A stretch of DNA of 52,020 nucleotides, filler included, from Catajapyx aquilonaris (Eukaryota), in NCBI GenBank assembly GCA_000934665.2. It is 2 parts of 2 records of this genome, joined end to end, with 100 filler letters (N's around TTAATTAATTAA, not from the genome) between each part and the next. Parts side by side here need not be neighbours in the genome. Positions count along the whole stretch, not along the records: positions 26,066 to 52,020 come from JYFJ02005281.1; 1 more part is not named here. The stretch is one strand, 5' to 3'. Of the stretch, positions 48,511 to 52,020 are shown one piece after another. Numbering within the stretch: the stretch's first letter is position 1; every line of letters starts with the position of its first letter. A program made the position numbers and the translations under genes. The notes beneath the pieces were generated by a model that was not told the DNA's origin, did not search any database, and was given only the letters and a program-made list of their open reading frames with translations.

Positions 48511-51104
48511 GCCCACCCTGCCCCTGTTCCTGCCTCCCTCCAGCCTCTCACCTCCGCCTGCCAGTGTGTCCAAATCAATCCTGCAGGTTTAGCATCCATC
48601 GCCCCCACTCCTGCAACAAATGGCATTGACAACATTAAAACATCGCATGTGATCCCATGTTATTAGCCCATTGAAGTCTCCACCCTATCAAGCAGCCATG
48701 GCCTTCATCATTTATTTATCTCTATTTTTTTATTATTATTATTTTGGTCCGCAACCCTGAATATTTGCACCCAGGGAGAGGAGGAGGTGGGTTCAGTAGT
48801 AAATGAAGGTCTGTGATTATTAGTCGGTGAATGGCCCCCCTCCTCTCTTACAGTAGCCCAGCTGCCCAGCCACCCACAATTACTGGCTCGCTCGCATTCC
48901 TCAACTTCTTTTCTGAGTCATCCGACAAGTGCGCGCGTCCTTGAAGGAGTGTGGCCGCCAACGGACCAACTATTCCCCCCACCCCACTAGAAGAAGTACC
49001 CGCGTTCCATTCAGACTCCTCCTTCGGCCACATTCCACACCATCCCCTCCCCAGCATAATCAATCCTTAGTCACTTGCACTTTCGGTCCATCAACAAAAA
49101 TTGCAGCAGACTAGGTCACCCACCGAATATTTACCTCCTAACAGTACAGTAACTGTACCGACACACCGTTGTGTCCGCCGGAAAAGTACATTAGCATACC
49201 CCCGGTCAAAAAAAAATTTGGCAACGCAGAGCCGGAGGCACGCTTGGATGGCATCAAAGAGAGATGCTGCGTCCTCCGCCTCTTGTAAAAGAGTTGGTTG
49301 GACTTTTTTTTTTTTTCCGGGCCAGTGAGGGTGGGACCTCCACCCATCCACATCCACTCGACCTCAACAATCAAGCTCTCCCTGACTGAAGGATGGGTGC
49401 ATGGCCACACACTCCTGGCCCACTGACGTCACTTTTTGGCANCCCCCCCCCCCCCCAACAACCGGAAATGCCCCCCTTTGTTTTGCAGTTGAAGAGGAAA
49501 TGTGTTGTTTTTTTCCTCCTCATATCTACGACCTTCCCCCAGGTAGCATTGCATTCAAGCAGGAAATCAAAACGAGGAGGGGAAAAAAATGATGGCAACA
49601 CAGATGCTGCATTTTCCTTCTTCTTGCGCAAGATAGGTCCAGAGAAGATTAACCAGAAGAAGAAGAAAAAAAAAATGCTGGGAACATACAGGTGGGGGGG
49701 TTCTACCAAGCGTGACTTTTGGCTTCCCTCCTTTTCTCTTCCCATATTCTGTTCAGCTGCCAGTCCGCGCACGCAATTGGCGAAAATTTTGCACAAAACT
49801 CCCATCCCTCCAAGTACACCCCCATTCTATTCAACAAACATGCCAGCACTACCAATGGGAAACGACAAACATGATATATAAAAAAAAAGAGGCGCTTCGG
49901 CCAGTAACACCGTTACTAGTGACGTCCCGTTCGAACTGGGAAAGGTCCGTAACGTGTTATTCCCACTCCGGAAATAATTACCTGCCTGTTGGCTATCACT
50001 CGACTGTTTTTTTTCTTCCCCCAGCTTTAAACATGCTTGCATAAGAATGTGGACAAATGTGGGAAACTAGTGAACTATTTGCTAGTCCTGGCCTAGTAGG
50101 CGTTGCAACCCTGGTCTTTAATTGGGCCAGATGGGTGCGAATGCACAATGTCCTTCGTTAATTGGTCATTAATCCCCCGGAATGCAAAAAAGGTCAAGTA
50201 GGGTTAAGAAGGAAGGAGTGGAACGTGGGCGTCCCCAATTAAGCCCGCTTGGCCAACCCTGCCAGCTATATCTAACAGGACTGTCCAAAAAATACCAGAT
50301 CTGGCCATCTATACGCTTTGATGGACTGATGAGAGGATGTTTCTACTCTACTTCACGCAACCTTCTAATCAAGCCCCACTGTGTTCAATCTTATCGCTGG
50401 CCTCTTGCTTGAATCGACAATGCACACAGACCAGATGGGCTCAACTGAATTCATTATGACGAATCCCACCGAAGCGAATGAGTTAGCCAAGTGCATAGAG
50501 TCAAGCTGAGACCCGAATCTTAGAGGTGAGAACCATTTCCTTTATGTGGCCCAAATTGCCTGCCGCATGCAACCACCAGAAAGAGGTTACCATTTTTTTT
50601 TTCGGTGTCTTTTGATGGGCGTGACTTTCTTCAGTGCAGAATCTTGTTAGAGATGACAACCTGGTCAGCACTATTATTACTAGTCAAGTGGGAGCAGGAA
50701 GCGGGATACCCTACCCATGCAGTTTACTACCTACGCTGAGATGCGATGACACATGCAGAACACCGATGGCGAAACTTCCTCCGGTTGGAATTTCGCAAGG
50801 TGATGATGGCAGGTGGGATTCGCACAAGAAGCGGGTCTTTTTCCTCTGGCGGTTTGTCTGTCACGCATGGCACAATCGTGCTTAAGTTGCGTCACTCGAG
50901 TGTCATACAGCGGACAACTGTTAACCAGGAAGTGGCATATCGGTCTGCCCATCCGCGAACACAATACTGCTCAATTAGCAAATCAGCTGATAAACATGTA
51001 CATACCAGGCCATGCAAGTTGAGTCTTGGTTGCCCGCGGGGTGGGCCTAGTTTCCACCGACAACTACAAAGAGGATGGCAAAAACGGGCGCTGACCTGAG
51101 AGCG

Positions 51105-51440
51105 AGCGGGACGGGGCGGGGCGGATCTGACACTCAGGCCCGGGCAGGTCACACACACACTCCAGCTGAAGGCACGATGTCCGTCCAGCCGTGTGACCGA
51201 AGCACACACGTCTCACGACAACGGGACGGTACAGAGTACTTGAAAGCACTGGACGTAAACACAAACCCGACTGTTCCGCCCCACCACGGGAATGCGACTG
51301 GTTGGACTTTTTACCACTACTAGCAGTAGGCAGCTGCTACCAAGCCTGATGGTTGATAGGTAAACAGGGTAAACAAAAGATTGGTTCCTTGTAGGTGGCG
51401 GCACTGCACGTGTGGCGCATCGCCATCTACCACTAGTCCT
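51105..51440 (-). promoter_or_regulatory. Candidate SIPA1L promoter/insulator region
   Basis: GC-rich island upstream of the gene; tandem GGGGCGGGGCGG near 51112-51123; two oppositely oriented AG(G/A)TGGCG CTCF-like motifs near 51392 and 51421. Confidence 0.35.
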
Positions 51441-51542
51441 GCACACTTATCAGGAGGCGGTTACTACAAAGGGTGCCTACTGACACATGGTTCTTAAAAA
51501 TTTTGTGTGTTGAACACATGTTGAAGAAAGGAGTACTGTACC

Positions 51543-51762
51543 CAGGCCCGGTTCTGGGGTTTCCGGCGCCCCCCAGCAGCCTGAATTTCGGCGGCCTCGG
51601 GGGGGGGGGGGGGGGGGGGAAGCCCGCCGCAGGCGGAAATTTTTTGGGGTTCAAGGTCCCACGAGCTTAGGTGAATGCAGTGCTCCGCGCCCGGGGCGGC
51701 GCCCCTTTTCTTCGGCGCCCCCCTGCCATGCATAGCCTGCTAACCGCGTCGCGCCGGCCCTG
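51543..51762. mobile_element. GC-rich hAT MITE
   Basis: CAGGCCCGG...CCGGCCCTG ends with a perfect 8-bp TSD ACTGTACC (51535-51542 and 51763-51770). Confidence 0.85.
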
Positions 51763-52020
51763 ACTGTACCTCGCATACGAATTCGAGTGAATATAAAATG
51801 GAAGCAGATGTTCCCATTACCGGACACTTTGTTGCGACTTTGATGCTTCCAATTAACTTTACAACACGTTTTTTTTTTAAATTCCACCACTACAGTATGT
51901 GGTATTCTTTACTTTTATCAACAACTAGCAGGATACCCGGCGTTGCTCAGGTTATGAAAGACTTTTCCATAGGAGTGACTCATTGATTTAGTAGTAACCT
52001 TTGCAATAATTATGGCTATA

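Noticed and set aside
29092..48666. Plus-strand ORFs overlapping SIPA1L exons (e.g. 29092-29442, 41977-42360, 42846-43322, 48193-48666)
   Set aside because: Antisense shadows of the real coding exons
51920..52020. Possible Helitron-like repeat start (ACTAGCAGGATACCCGGCGTTGC)
   Set aside because: It resembles insect rolling-circle repeat ends, but it is cut off by the window edge and cannot be supported

Overview
Eukaryotic genomic DNA that looks arthropod/insect-like; it is not prokaryotic, and no CRISPR array, rRNA or intact tRNA is visible. A 100-bp artificial spacer (44N-TTAATTAATTAA-44N, 25966-26065) splits the window, so adjacency of the two halves is not guaranteed. The right half holds a complete minus-strand SIPA1L-family gene (Rap GTPase-activating protein with PDZ domain and C-terminal coiled coil). 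I reconstructed 10 coding exons with GT-AG sites and consistent phases: join(48510-48342, 44155-43042, 42282-41796, 41389-40990, 38825-38573, 36162-35904, 32328-31979, 30318-30228, 30035-29081, 28138-27918) = 4299 nt, 1432 aa. The left half has no confidently recognisable gene. It does hold a candidate small secreted cysteine-containing protein gene (14814-20446), with a signal-peptide exon and a terminal exon carrying a Ly6/three-finger-like CCxxxxCN motif. Intergenic and intronic DNA is densely filled with non-autonomous DNA transposons, often nested (Tc1/mariner-, pogo-, hAT-, piggyBac- and Kolobok-like MITEs and foldback palindromes). There are also tRNA-derived SINEs with target-site duplications and microsatellites. 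I see no evidence of a new multi-gene system. The best leads are the candidate Ly6-like gene, an AUGA-overlapping uORF in the SIPA1L leader, a possible recursive splice site, and near-perfect intronic palindromes. All coordinates were derived by hand.
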